A stretch of 54,442 nt of DNA from Armatimonadota bacterium (GTDB lineage Bacteria; Armatimonadota; Armatimonadia; Armatimonadales; Armatimonadaceae): NCBI GenBank assembly GCA_043754515.1, contig JAYUUO010000041.1, forward strand, positions 1 to 54,442, written 5' to 3'. The position numbers were made by a program, and so were the translations under genes. The notes beneath the pieces were generated by a model. It ran no database searches, had not been told where the DNA came from, and saw only the letters and a program-made list of their open reading frames with translations. Position 1 is the stretch's first letter. Each line of letters begins with the position of its first letter. Positions 27,944-37,348 of the stretch are shown piece by piece.

Positions 27944-28753
27944 ATGCAAACCTACCCAATCGCCATCATCGGCGGCACCGGCGTCGGCGACTTCCCGCTC
28001 GACAGTGCGCCGGACTCCGTCACGATCCCGACCCCCTACGGAGACGCCTTCGCGACCCTCGGAACCCTGCGCGGCAAACCCGTCGCCTTCCTGGCGCGGC
28101 ACGGCGCGGGTCACAACCTGCCGCCACACCGGATTAATTACCGCGCCAATATCGCCGCGCTCGTGACACTCGGTGTCCGCGCCGCCCTCGCCACCACCGC
28201 CGTCGGTGCCATGCGTCTCGACTTGATGCCGGGCGAGTTCGTCCTCCTAAACGATCTGATTGATTTCACCCGCGACCGCGACCACAAGACGTTCTTCGAC
28301 GGCGAGAGCGGCATCGTAGTACACACCGACTTCAGTAGCCCCTACTCCGAAGTGTTGCGCGAGACGATACTGCGCGTGGCGGGCGACCTGAGCATCCCGA
28401 TCCGCCCGACCGGGACCTACCTCGCGACGGACGGGCCGCGCTACGAGACCCCCGCCGAAGTGCGCCTGTTCGCGCGGTGGGGTGCCGACGTGGTCGGCAT
28501 GACGGGGGTGCCCGAAACTACGCTCGCCCGCGAGGCAGGTCTGCACTATGCCAGCATCTCGCTCGTCACCAACCACGGCGCGGGGCTTTCCACAACCCCG
28601 CTGAGCCATAAAGAGGTCGAAATCGCGATGCGTGACGCCGCCCCACGCCTGCGAAGTCTGCTGATCGAGGTGGTCGGGCGGCTAGATGTCGCGGCTCTCC
28701 CGCCCATCGGACCCGGCGTCGCGCTCCCGGCACAAATGTCCTCCCCGCTGTAG
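27944..28753 (+). CDS. mtnP: 5'-methylthioadenosine/inosine phosphorylase
   Basis: IIGGTG, TPYG, RHG.GH..PPH.INYRANI, GPRYET.AE, DVVGMT..PE..LARE, VTN. Confidence 0.88.
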   Translation: MQTYPIAIIGGTGVGDFPLDSAPDSVTIPTPYGDAFATLGTLRGKPVAFLARHGAGHNLPPHRINYRANIAALVTLGVRAALATTAVGAMRLDLMPGEFVLLNDLIDFTRDRDHKTFFDGESGIVVHTDFSSPYSEVLRETILRVAGDLSIPIRPTGTYLATDGPRYETPAEVRLFARWGADVVGMTGVPETTLAREAGLHYASISLVTNHGAGLSTTPLSHKEVEIAMRDAAPRLRSLLIEVVGRLDVAALPPIGPGVALPAQMSSPL

Positions 28754-28840
28754 GCAACGATACAGGCACTATCGGGTACAATTGAACTCGACCACGGCGA
28801 GTTTCCGCCGCATAACTAGCCTCATAGGAGAATTGACATC

Positions 28841-29185
28841 ATGCCTTATATCATCCGGGGGAGCGATTACACCTTCCCGTCCGAACCGTTCCTGCGCAAC
28901 GACAAGAACTACATCCCGCTCCGCGACACCGTGGAAGTGCTCGGGGGGCAAGTCTCATTCGACCACGCCTCGAAAACGTCTACCGTGACTATCGCAAACT
29001 TCGTCGCCACCGTGGTCGAGGGCGATACCGCGGTGGATGTTTCCGGCACACCCGTGACTCTCACCGCCGCCCCGCTGATCGAGAGCGGCGAGATGTTCGT
29101 GCCCTTCGACTTCTTCCGGGACGCGTTCGGCTACACGACGTCGTTCGACAACGGCACCGTGAGCATCACCAACCCGAACGAGTAG
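28841..29185 (+). CDS. copper amine oxidase N-terminal (stalk) domain protein
   Basis: PFL...NYIPLR..VE.LGG.V, AAPLIE.GEMFVP; RBS AGGAG. Confidence 0.8.
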   Translation: MPYIIRGSDYTFPSEPFLRNDKNYIPLRDTVEVLGGQVSFDHASKTSTVTIANFVATVVEGDTAVDVSGTPVTLTAAPLIESGEMFVPFDFFRDAFGYTTSFDNGTVSITNPNE

Positions 29186-29277
29186 CCGCGAGGCGACCCG
29201 ACGACAGCCTGCCGCCGCCCCCGACAGTGTGTTCAAGAAACGCGCCGCCGGGGGCGACGGTTTTTTGTCCGTTGTTT

Positions 29278-29400
29278 ACTTTTATTTTCAAAGTAGTTTG
29301 GAACTGTTGCTGGGGCATCCGCGTAACTAAACCATCCGCCCCACATTCGCAAAGCGGAACGGATTACGCCTCGTACTCTTTTTTGCAAACTACTTTGAAA
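29278..29400. promoter_or_regulatory. pair of inverted AT-rich operator-like sites
   Basis: TTTCAAAGTAGTTTGGAA (29286-29303) and TTGCAAACTACTTTGAAA (29383-29400) match as an inverted repeat at 17/18 positions. Confidence 0.55.
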
Positions 29401-29410
29401 GACACCCGCA

Positions 29411-31036
29411 ATGACCGACGATTTTCTCGCGCCTCCGCACGTGCTTCTCGCGCCCCCGCCCGTGCCGGATGTGCCGCTACACCCGCGTCACGCCGTGCTA
29501 AACATGTCGCCTTTCACCCCTCTAGCCGCCTCGCTGGTGGTCCCGGACGCCACCCGTCGGCCACTGCGCGAGCCGCTCCGACTCGTTCTGGTCGCGCTCG
29601 GACTTGGACTCGGCGCGGACGCCCTGTTTCGCGGCGGCGAGATCGCGTTCGGGCTAAACTTCCCGATAGCCGTGGTCGTGGTTCTGCTATCACTCGCCCT
29701 CTGCGCGGAGCGCGAGGGGATATTCCCGAAAAGGCGCGCCGTCGCGCTGTTCGCCACCCCGCTCCTGTTCTTCGCGGCGATGGTGGCTGTTCGGGCAAGC
29801 ACCTCGCTGACGTTTTACAATGTTTCGGCCTGCGCGATCCTGCTCCTGCTTCTCCTGCACTACTGGGTGGAGGGCGACCCGGCAAGCGGGACATTTTCCG
29901 CGTGGCCACTACTGCCGTTCAAAGTGTTAGGGGGGATATTAGCCGCCGCGCCCGGCACTCTGTCGGCGGCGGGGCGGGTCTCCCTGAGTGGGGCACGGCA
30001 TGCGCGTTTCGCCGCGATCGGGCGCGGCGTGCTATTCGCGTTGCCGGTCCTGTTCGTCTTCACGGCTCTGTTTATCAATGCCGACGCCGTGTTCGCGCAA
30101 CGGGCGCGGGACGCGTTCGCCTTGCTCATCCCGGCGCACGTGGAAGAGTCATCGGCACGTCTCGCATGGGTCGCTGGTGCCGCCTTCGCATTCGCGGGCG
30201 GCTTCGCCTACGCGCTGACGCGTCGGGAGCGGGAGGCGGTTCAACGCCCGGTAGCAATACCTATACGCCCACTCGGCATCACAGAAGCGGGCATTGTTAT
30301 CGGCACGCTGATCGCCCTGTTCGGCGCGTTCCTGCTCTCCCAAACCGCCTATCTGTTCGGGGGCGACGCGCTGGTGCGGGTCGTACCGGGGCTGACATAC
30401 GCCGGATACGCCCGACACGGGTTCGCGGAACTGAACATCGCCGTGTTGCTCACGCTCGTTCTCATCGGCGGCTTGAAGGCGATAACGGGGCGGACGACAC
30501 CCCGCCAAATGCTTCTATTTTCCGCGCTCGCGACGTGCCTGATCCTGCTCACGCTACCGCTACTCGCCTCAGCGTTCGCGCGCATGTTCGCTTACGAAGC
30601 TGCGTACGGCGCGACCGAAACGCGCCTGTTCGTGGACGTATTTATGGGCTGGGTCGCGGTCGGTCTGCTCTGGTGTGCCGCGACGCTCTGGGGCACGCGC
30701 CCGCGCGGCGATCTGGGCGTTTACGTCTGCGCCGTCGGCTTTCTGGTCTCGCTCAACGTGATCAACCCCGACGCGAACATCGCCCGTCGCAACACCGAAC
30801 GCTTCGAGCGGACCGGGCGAATGGATGACGACTACCTCGCGTCCCTTTCCGAAGATGCCGTGCCGGAATTGACCCGGCTCGCTCCGGCACCAGGGCGCGC
30901 GGCGCGGATCGAGACACTCCGCGCGGGCATCCTGCGCCGCATGGACGACACGCGCTACCGCGATTGGGGCGCGTGGAACCTGTCTCGCGCCGTCGCCCGG
31001 CGCGATATAATGGCGTGTGAATCACACAACAACTAG
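29411..31036 (+). CDS. DUF4153/DUF4173 inner-membrane protein
   Basis: LF..AD.VF, YLFGG, TYA.YAR.GF.EL, RM.AYE.AYG.T..R, NPDA.IAR.N, YL.SLS.DAVP. Confidence 0.85.
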   Translation: MTDDFLAPPHVLLAPPPVPDVPLHPRHAVLNMSPFTPLAASLVVPDATRRPLREPLRLVLVALGLGLGADALFRGGEIAFGLNFPIAVVVVLLSLALCAEREGIFPKRRAVALFATPLLFFAAMVAVRASTSLTFYNVSACAILLLLLLHYWVEGDPASGTFSAWPLLPFKVLGGILAAAPGTLSAAGRVSLSGARHARFAAIGRGVLFALPVLFVFTALFINADAVFAQRARDAFALLIPAHVEESSARLAWVAGAAFAFAGGFAYALTRREREAVQRPVAIPIRPLGITEAGIVIGTLIALFGAFLLSQTAYLFGGDALVRVVPGLTYAGYARHGFAELNIAVLLTLVLIGGLKAITGRTTPRQMLLFSALATCLILLTLPLLASAFARMFAYEAAYGATETRLFVDVFMGWVAVGLLWCAATLWGTRPRGDLGVYVCAVGFLVSLNVINPDANIARRNTERFERTGRMDDDYLASLSEDAVPELTRLAPAPGRAARIETLRAGILRRMDDTRYRDWGAWNLSRAVARRDIMACESHNN

Positions 31037-31646
31037 CACCGTGTTCCGCGAGCCGTACGCCGAGCGCAACCGCCCCGAGCGCATCGTGACGTTCGGGGCG
31101 TACCTGCGGGTCTCCGAGTCGCTGGAGGCGCACGGCAAACTGCGCTACGTGCGGGAGGCGCGGGCGGCGTACGGGGCGAGTCCGGTTCCGGTCGCGGGCG
31201 ACGCGGCGAAACTGGAGCATTCGCGCCTGATCGAGGCGTTGAACCGGGGGCGCAAATGGGCGCGCGAGCGGTTCACGCGCTGGCTCGACCCGCTACTCGC
31301 TAGCGACATCGCCGTCGCCGTAGTGCCGTCACACGACCCGTACCAGATCGACACGCCCATATGCTCCCTCGCCAGAGAACTAGCCGCCATCGGTGAGCGC
31401 GCGGACGCGACTGGCGTTCTCGTCCGGCAGACCAGGATCGCCCGCATCGTGTTCGGCGGCCCGTCGACACCGGCACTGCACCGCGAAACGATCCGCGTCG
31501 AATTGCCCCATCTTGTCGCGGGGAAGGCCGTCCTGCTCCTCGACGACATCGTGAAATCGGGCAACTCGCTTCGCGCCTGCCGCGATCTGCTCTACGAATC
31601 GGGCGCGGGCGTGGTACAGGCCGTCGCGCTGGGCCGGATCGGTTAA
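31017..31646 (+). CDS. type I phosphoribosyltransferase-fold protein (ComF-like)
   Basis: VVPSH and the PRPP loop VLLLDDIVKSGNSL...GA..V. Confidence 0.75.
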   Translation: MNHTTTSTVFREPYAERNRPERIVTFGAYLRVSESLEAHGKLRYVREARAAYGASPVPVAGDAAKLEHSRLIEALNRGRKWARERFTRWLDPLLASDIAVAVVPSHDPYQIDTPICSLARELAAIGERADATGVLVRQTRIARIVFGGPSTPALHRETIRVELPHLVAGKAVLLLDDIVKSGNSLRACRDLLYESGAGVVQAVALGRIG

Positions 31647-31664
31647 CCGCCACGCGCCTTTTCA

Positions 31665-31771
31665 TTAAACCGTTTTGCTAAGAGTTAAACCGTTTTGCCC
31701 TCTTGACAGACCAGCCGAACACTGGTAGATTGGTGCAGGTAAAAGGGTTTACCAGGGTGAAAAGTTTCACC
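31665..31771 (+). promoter_or_regulatory. sigma70 promoter with LacI-family-like operators upstream of GH8
   Basis: TTAAACCGTTTTGC twice (31665, 31685). TTGACA(31703)-N17-TAGATT. Palindromes GGTAAAAGGGTTTACC (31738-31753) and GGTGAAAAGTTTCACC (31756-31771). Confidence 0.7.
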
Positions 31772-32024
31772 GGGAACGAGGCGGTTCCAATCCAAACAGG
31801 CACGTGGATCGCCCCGTGGCGTCACGCCGGAAGTCACACACAACACACTTGTCCCGCGCAGGGTGGTTTGCCCGGTCCCGTGCCGACACCCGCCGTAGCA
31901 ATGGACTGGGCTATGGTACTCATTGGAACTATCGCTAATCAAACGGACTGCGCCACTCCGGGCGGAGGGCGCGGAGCGGCGACAGTTATCACACCGGGCG
32001 TTTCTCGAAAGGAATCGAACTCTT

Positions 32025-34163
32025 ATGTTACGTCGTACTCACGCGGGAATGGCCCCCGCGCTCTTCTCGGCCTTAGCGGCCGTTACCGGGGCGGTAATCA
32101 CCCCCGCCCTTCTTATCATCGCGCTCACCGTGTCGGCGTCGAACGCCGCGCATGCGCAAAGCTTTCCCTACAACGCCTCCTACAACGGAGAGACCAGTGT
32201 TCTTAACTCTGGTGAGCAGGGCGATGCCAATGCCGCGACGCTCGACTTCTGGCACAAATGGCGCGATCGGTGGATCGTTCAGTTCGGTAGCAACAGCAAG
32301 CGCGTCATGTTCCAGGAGCCGGGGACGTCTATCCAGGACGAGACCGTTTCCGAAGGCATCGGCTACGGGATGCTCCTATGTGTGTACATGAACGACACCG
32401 ACGATCATGGCCGCTTCGACGATCTGTTCCAGTATTACAAGGACCATCTGAACAGCAACGGCTTGATGAACTATAAGCTCAATGCCGATGGCACGCCGAC
32501 GGCCGACGGCGTAGGCGACGCGACCGATGGGGACGAGGATGTCGCCGCCGCTCTGATATTTGCCAACAAGAAGTGGGGCGATGGGGGGCGGTGGAACTAC
32601 ACGTACGAGGTACAAAAGGTACTCAAACAGATAAAGCAGTGGGACGTCGAGGACAACTACACCGTGAACGGCGGCTCGCCATTCAGTCAGCGACGTCCGT
32701 TCCCATCGCCGACTGTCATTCAGTTCAACGCCTCGTACTTCGCCCCGGCGTGGTACCGCATATACGGCGACTTCACCGGCGATTCCGGTTTCTGGAATAA
32801 CGTCATAGCCAAAGGCTATCAGATCCTCTACGCGTCGCGTTACGGCGGCAATGATCCGAACGGAACTGGCCTGCTCCCTCACTTCAGCGATGACAACGGC
32901 GGCGTCTATAACGGTAACACCTATGCTTACGGAGACTACCAGTACGACGCCGTGCGTGTTCCCTTCCGTGTCAATCTCGACTACGCGTGGTACGGCAATG
33001 GTGATGGGCAGAATATCGCCGCTAAAATCGGCAAGTTCTATGCGACCAAAGTGAACACCGCGATCCCGAGGCAGGTCTACACGACAAACATCTTCGCCAG
33101 GCGTTCCACGGACGGCTACTCCTATGTGGATCAGTATCCCAGTCGCCTGTTCGACGGGAATGCCGGGATCGCGTTCCTCGCGAACGGCGACCGCGACAAC
33201 GCCCGTTATATGTACGATTCTCTGCGGGCGAACGGCGACTATGACAGCACTCTCTATTTTGACGGGGCGTGGAGTTTGCAGTGTCGCCTGTTTTTGACCG
33301 GCAACTTCCCGAACCTGTACACCAGCGGGCAGACCAACCCGTCGTTCGCCGTTACCGGCTACGTCTACCCCGGCACGACAACCGTCGGCACGCCGGTTGA
33401 CATAAACGCCACGATCAAGAACAACGGCGGCTCGCTGAACAACTCGATCCAGGGCCTCCGCGTCTTCGATAGTGCTAACAACGTGCTACTCAATTACAAC
33501 GTCACCGGCGTGAACGCGCCAGCGGGCGGCACGAACTACCTTTATAACCATTACACCGCGCCGAACACCGCCGGGACGTACTCCATTTACGCGGGCGTGT
33601 GGGACGGCAACTGGGGCAACTACGCGTGGGTGTCGCTCGGCACGCTCACGGTGACCGACGGCTCCGTGCTCAACAACTTCGAGACGACGGGGGCGCAGCC
33701 CGCGGCCGTCCGGCGCGGCATGGCGGCACCCGCCGCGCCGACGGGGAGCACGCAGGGTTGGAAGGCGGTGTGGGGCGGCATATCCAACGTAACGACCTCG
33801 TCGTCGCAGAAGAAGAGTGGTTCCTACTCGCTCGCCTTCACGGTCACGGGCGGTAACGGCAACGGTTACCAGGCGGTCGGCGTGAGCAATCCGGCGGTCA
33901 CCAAGAACTCGAAGGTATCGGCGTGGGTTTGGGTTCCCGCCTCGCTGAAACTGAACGCGCTGAACGCCCGCGTCCTGAACAGCGCGTCGCAGATCGTCGG
34001 CTCGGTCAGCAAACCCGGCTCCTCCCTGACGCGCGGTGCCTGGAATCAGTTGACATTCACCGTGAATAGCAATCCGGGGGCGATCAACTTGCTGTACGTC
34101 CAGTTCGACACGAACGGCGCGGGCTCGGGCACCGCCTACATTGACTACGTGACCAAGCAGTAA
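32025..34163 (+). CDS. secreted glycoside hydrolase family 8 with Ig-like and CBM-like modules
   Basis: TVSEGIGYGML, ATDGDEDVAAAL..A.KKWG, SYFAPAWY, YDAVRVP; signal peptide; RBS GAAAGGA. Confidence 0.9.
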   Translation: MLRRTHAGMAPALFSALAAVTGAVITPALLIIALTVSASNAAHAQSFPYNASYNGETSVLNSGEQGDANAATLDFWHKWRDRWIVQFGSNSKRVMFQEPGTSIQDETVSEGIGYGMLLCVYMNDTDDHGRFDDLFQYYKDHLNSNGLMNYKLNADGTPTADGVGDATDGDEDVAAALIFANKKWGDGGRWNYTYEVQKVLKQIKQWDVEDNYTVNGGSPFSQRRPFPSPTVIQFNASYFAPAWYRIYGDFTGDSGFWNNVIAKGYQILYASRYGGNDPNGTGLLPHFSDDNGGVYNGNTYAYGDYQYDAVRVPFRVNLDYAWYGNGDGQNIAAKIGKFYATKVNTAIPRQVYTTNIFARRSTDGYSYVDQYPSRLFDGNAGIAFLANGDRDNARYMYDSLRANGDYDSTLYFDGAWSLQCRLFLTGNFPNLYTSGQTNPSFAVTGYVYPGTTTVGTPVDINATIKNNGGSLNNSIQGLRVFDSANNVLLNYNVTGVNAPAGGTNYLYNHYTAPNTAGTYSIYAGVWDGNWGNYAWVSLGTLTVTDGSVLNNFETTGAQPAAVRRGMAAPAAPTGSTQGWKAVWGGISNVTTSSSQKKSGSYSLAFTVTGGNGNGYQAVGVSNPAVTKNSKVSAWVWVPASLKLNALNARVLNSASQIVGSVSKPGSSLTRGAWNQLTFTVNSNPGAINLLYVQFDTNGAGSGTAYIDYVTKQ

Positions 34164-34183
34164 TCGCGGTCGGTATCCTACCT

Positions 34184-34219
34184 GCCCTGCGCGGTTTTTT
34201 ACCGCGCCGGGCTTTTTTT
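34184..34219 (+). terminator. intrinsic terminator
   Basis: GCCCTGCGCGGT / ACCGCGCCGGGC stem followed by T7. Confidence 0.7.
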
Positions 34220-34226
34220 CGTCCCG

Positions 34227-36179
34227 TCAGTGTGGCCCGATGCGGCGGAACTTGCGGTCCATCTCGTGGTGCGACAGTGCCAGCAGTATCGGTCGTCCGT
34301 GGGGGCACGTGAACGGGTTTTGCATCCGGGCGAGGTCGGTTAGTAGCCGATTCATCTCGTCCATCGTCAGCGGGTCGCCCTTTTTCACCGCCATCTTGCA
34401 CGACGCCATGATCACCGCCGACTCGTGCGGAACGAGCAGGCGGCGCGAGATGCTCGCCGTTGTCAGGTCGTCAATGATCTCACGCAGATGGCCGAGATAG
34501 TCTTTATTCGCGATGCGGGCGGGCACGGCGCGCACCAGAAACGTCCCGCCGCCGAACGGCTCCAGCACGAACCCAGCGCGTTCCAGCGCGGGCAGCCGCT
34601 CGCCCGCGACCCGCGCCTCGGCGGGCGCGAGTTCCAGCGTCTGCGGCAACACCAAGTGTTGCGCGATGACGCCCCACTCGCTCGCCTCGCTCGTCGCGCC
34701 GCCCATCATCTGCTCGTATAAGACCCGCTCGTGCGCGATATGCTGGTCAATCAAGAGCAGGGCATCGTCCGTCTCGGCGATAATATACGTGTTGCGCGAC
34801 TGCCCGAGCACACGGAGCCGCCCGATACGATGCCCGTCGAAGCCGATGTAGGCGTGCGTTGGGTAGCCCGCCGTGCCCTCTCCCCCCCAGTCCCTCTCTC
34901 CCTCCGAAGGGAGAGGGGGGAGCAGATTCGCTGAGGCGCCTGGTGGGATAGGTTGCCCCAGGAAGGACTGCCCAGGATCGTCCGCGCTATCCGTAGGCGT
35001 GACGCCTCCGAGAATCCGCTCCCCCCTCTCCCTTCGGAGGGAGAGAGGGACTGGGGGGGACAAGTCAACGAAGCTCGACAAGGCCGTCTTCGGCGGGAGC
35101 GCGTGGCCCGGCTCGGGGCGGTACGCGGGGAGCGACGCTTCGACCCGCACTTCGGGGACCAGACCGCCGGAGAGGAGTGCCGCTTGGACCGCCTGATGCA
35201 CCGCGCCATACACGTCGCCGTCGCGCGTGAAGCGCACCTCGATCTTGGTCGGGTGGACGTTTACGTCAACGAGTTCCGGGGCGATCTCCACGAACAGCGC
35301 GAGCACCGGGTGGCGGTCCGTGGTCATTAGATGCTTAAACGCGGCGTCGAAGGCGTGTTGCACGGTACGCGAGCGGACGAAGCGGCCGTTCACGAACGTC
35401 GCTTGCGAGGAGCGCGTCGCCTTCGACAGGCTGGGCTTGGAGACGAAGCCGTGGACGCGGATCGCCGGGGAATCGTAGCGGAACGGCACCATTTCCCGCG
35501 CGGCGTCCCGCCCCCAGACCGCCGCGAGCGCGTGTTTCGGGTCCGACGCGCCCGGATAGGCGTACACCTCGTAGTCATCGTGGACGAGACGGAACCCGGT
35601 GCCGTGGTAGCACAGGGTCAGGCGGTGGAGCAGTTCCACGGCGTGATTCAGTTCGGTCTGGGTCGTCTTCAGAAACTTGAGCCGCGCGGGGGTGTTGAAG
35701 AACAGGTTCTCGACCGTGATCCGGGTGCCGTCCACCGCCCCCGCATCGCGCACCGACACCAGCTCGCCGCCGCGCACGACCAGTTCCACGGCGGACTCAT
35801 CGCCGGGGCGTTTCGTGACGAGATTAAAGTCGGACACGGACGCGATGGACGGCAACGCTTCCCCCCGAAAGCCCAGCGTGGTGATGGCGAAAAGGTCGTC
35901 CGCCGAGCGGATCTTGCTGGTCGCGTGGCGTTGAAGGCAGAGTACGGCGTCCTCGCGCCCCATCCCGGAGCCGTTGTCGCGCACCACGATACGGCGTTTG
36001 CCGCCGTCAGTCAGTTCGACCTCGATGCGCGTCGCCCCGGCGTCCAGCGCGTTCTCGACCAACTCCTTGACCACGGACGAAGGACGCTCGATCACCTCGC
36101 CGGCGGCGATCTGATTCGCGGTGGTGTCGTCGAGGAGCCGCACGAGCGCGGGGACGGATTCTATGGTGGTATCGGGCAC
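34227..36179 (-). CDS. mutL: DNA mismatch repair endonuclease MutL
   Basis: NQIAAGEVIERP, KELVENALDAGA, GFRGEAL, DVNVHPTK, DQHIAHERVLYE, SCK, CPHGRP. Confidence 0.97.
   Translation of the reverse strand: MPDTTIESVPALVRLLDDTTANQIAAGEVIERPSSVVKELVENALDAGATRIEVELTDGGKRRIVVRDNGSGMGREDAVLCLQRHATSKIRSADDLFAITTLGFRGEALPSIASVSDFNLVTKRPGDESAVELVVRGGELVSVRDAGAVDGTRITVENLFFNTPARLKFLKTTQTELNHAVELLHRLTLCYHGTGFRLVHDDYEVYAYPGASDPKHALAAVWGRDAAREMVPFRYDSPAIRVHGFVSKPSLSKATRSSQATFVNGRFVRSRTVQHAFDAAFKHLMTTDRHPVLALFVEIAPELVDVNVHPTKIEVRFTRDGDVYGAVHQAVQAALLSGGLVPEVRVEASLPAYRPEPGHALPPKTALSSFVDLSPPVPLSLRRERGERILGGVTPTDSADDPGQSFLGQPIPPGASANLLPPLPSEGERDWGGEGTAGYPTHAYIGFDGHRIGRLRVLGQSRNTYIIAETDDALLLIDQHIAHERVLYEQMMGGATSEASEWGVIAQHLVLPQTLELAPAEARVAGERLPALERAGFVLEPFGGGTFLVRAVPARIANKDYLGHLREIIDDLTTASISRRLLVPHESAVIMASCKMAVKKGDPLTMDEMNRLLTDLARMQNPFTCPHGRPILLALSHHEMDRKFRRIGPH
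34881..35060. repeat. 180-bp palindromic element inside the mutL linker
   Basis: 34881-34929 and 35012-35060 are inverted repeats (48/49). Each arm contains the hairpin CTCTCCCT-N4-AGGGAGAG. Confidence 0.85.
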
Positions 36180-36398
36180 GGCGTATTGTAACCGGCAGGT
36201 GCCCCGCCGTCAAACAGCGGTTCGCCGCGCCGCCACCCGAAGAGCCGGTCAAGTCTTTTCGGGCAGTGGCATGATAATTGCTGTAACGATTTTATATTCC
36301 GTTTATAGCGGTCCTAAGGCGCGATGACGCGCGAACTGATGTCGTTAAATTAGACAAACCACACACTGGTTTCGTCAAGTCAATGTAGGACAGATACA

Positions 36399-37031
36399 AT
36401 GCGTGTCATAATCAAACCCTTCGGGGTGCTCATCCTAGTCGCGGTCCTCGCCGCGCTGTCGTTGCTGGCGTTCTTCAGACTACCATGGGGTGGGAAGCCC
36501 CCCGCCACGTTGCCAAGCACGGCGGTGTCTTCGACCCCGTCGCCGCCGGTGCGACCCACCCGGCGCGGCGCGAATCTGCTGGAAGGGCAGGAGTGGGAAT
36601 TGGTACATGCCGGGGAAGAGCCTACTTCCATGATAGATTTATCCCGGCACCCGGAGTTGCTCCCCGGCGGGGCGACCCCCGCCACCGTGTACCGGGTGAC
36701 CGTCCGGAATCCCCCCCCCTTCCCGTGGGCGGTCGGCTTGCACGCGCCACTGAAATATTCCATCGCCCAGGGCGAATCGTTGCGGCTGGTGTTCCACGCC
36801 CGCTCACCGGAGGCGGCGACCGTGGCCGCCGTTTTCGAGGAGACTACCCTCCCCTTTAATAAGTCAGTCTCCCGTGAAGTGCGACTCAAGCGGGAATGGG
36901 CCGAGTATAGCGTCCCGTTCGTGACTGTGACGGCTTACAAGTCGGGGGAGTCGGAGGTGACGTTTCACTGCGGCTATCAGCAAGGAACCGTCGAGATAGC
37001 CGACGTCCGCCTTCTGGCAACGACTCCCTGA
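36399..37031 (+). CDS. membrane-anchored CBM4/9-like domain protein (paralog 1)
   Basis: N-terminal TM; PWAVGL, L.FHARS, L..EW.EYSVPF, F.CGYQ.GTVEIADVRL. Confidence 0.7.
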   Translation: MRVIIKPFGVLILVAVLAALSLLAFFRLPWGGKPPATLPSTAVSSTPSPPVRPTRRGANLLEGQEWELVHAGEEPTSMIDLSRHPELLPGGATPATVYRVTVRNPPPFPWAVGLHAPLKYSIAQGESLRLVFHARSPEAATVAAVFEETTLPFNKSVSREVRLKREWAEYSVPFVTVTAYKSGESEVTFHCGYQQGTVEIADVRLLATTP

Positions 37032-37348
37032 CGCGGCCAGATCGTCATGAACCCGCCCTCCTACCCGTATCAGGGCCGCCCGGTCAAGCCCCGTCGGTGT
37101 TAGTGCCGCGTCACCGCCGTCCGCGAGTACCCGCGCCGCCTGGTCATCCTGACCAGACGACGATATAATTCTTGGTGTCAGTGATAGTACAGGACGGAAG
37201 TGGGTTCGGTCGCCCCGCATCGGCCGGACTCGGATACAGATAGCGGGCTGGCATGGTACTCGCAAAGATTGTCTCATACTTGTATTCACGAAGAAATACA
37301 GGAGGGCATTCCTTGCTCGCCTCGCAAGGCCAACGGGAGATAGACACG

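Noticed and set aside
29227..30828. 533-aa alternative-frame ORF, and similar long shadow ORFs elsewhere
   Set aside because: Arg/Ala/Pro-rich frames overlapping well-supported genes are expected in high-GC DNA.
34899..34910. 12-nt identity (TCCCTCCGAAGG) between the mutL element and the tRNA-Arg anticodon arm
   Set aside because: Too short and low in complexity, and the element has no other tRNA features.
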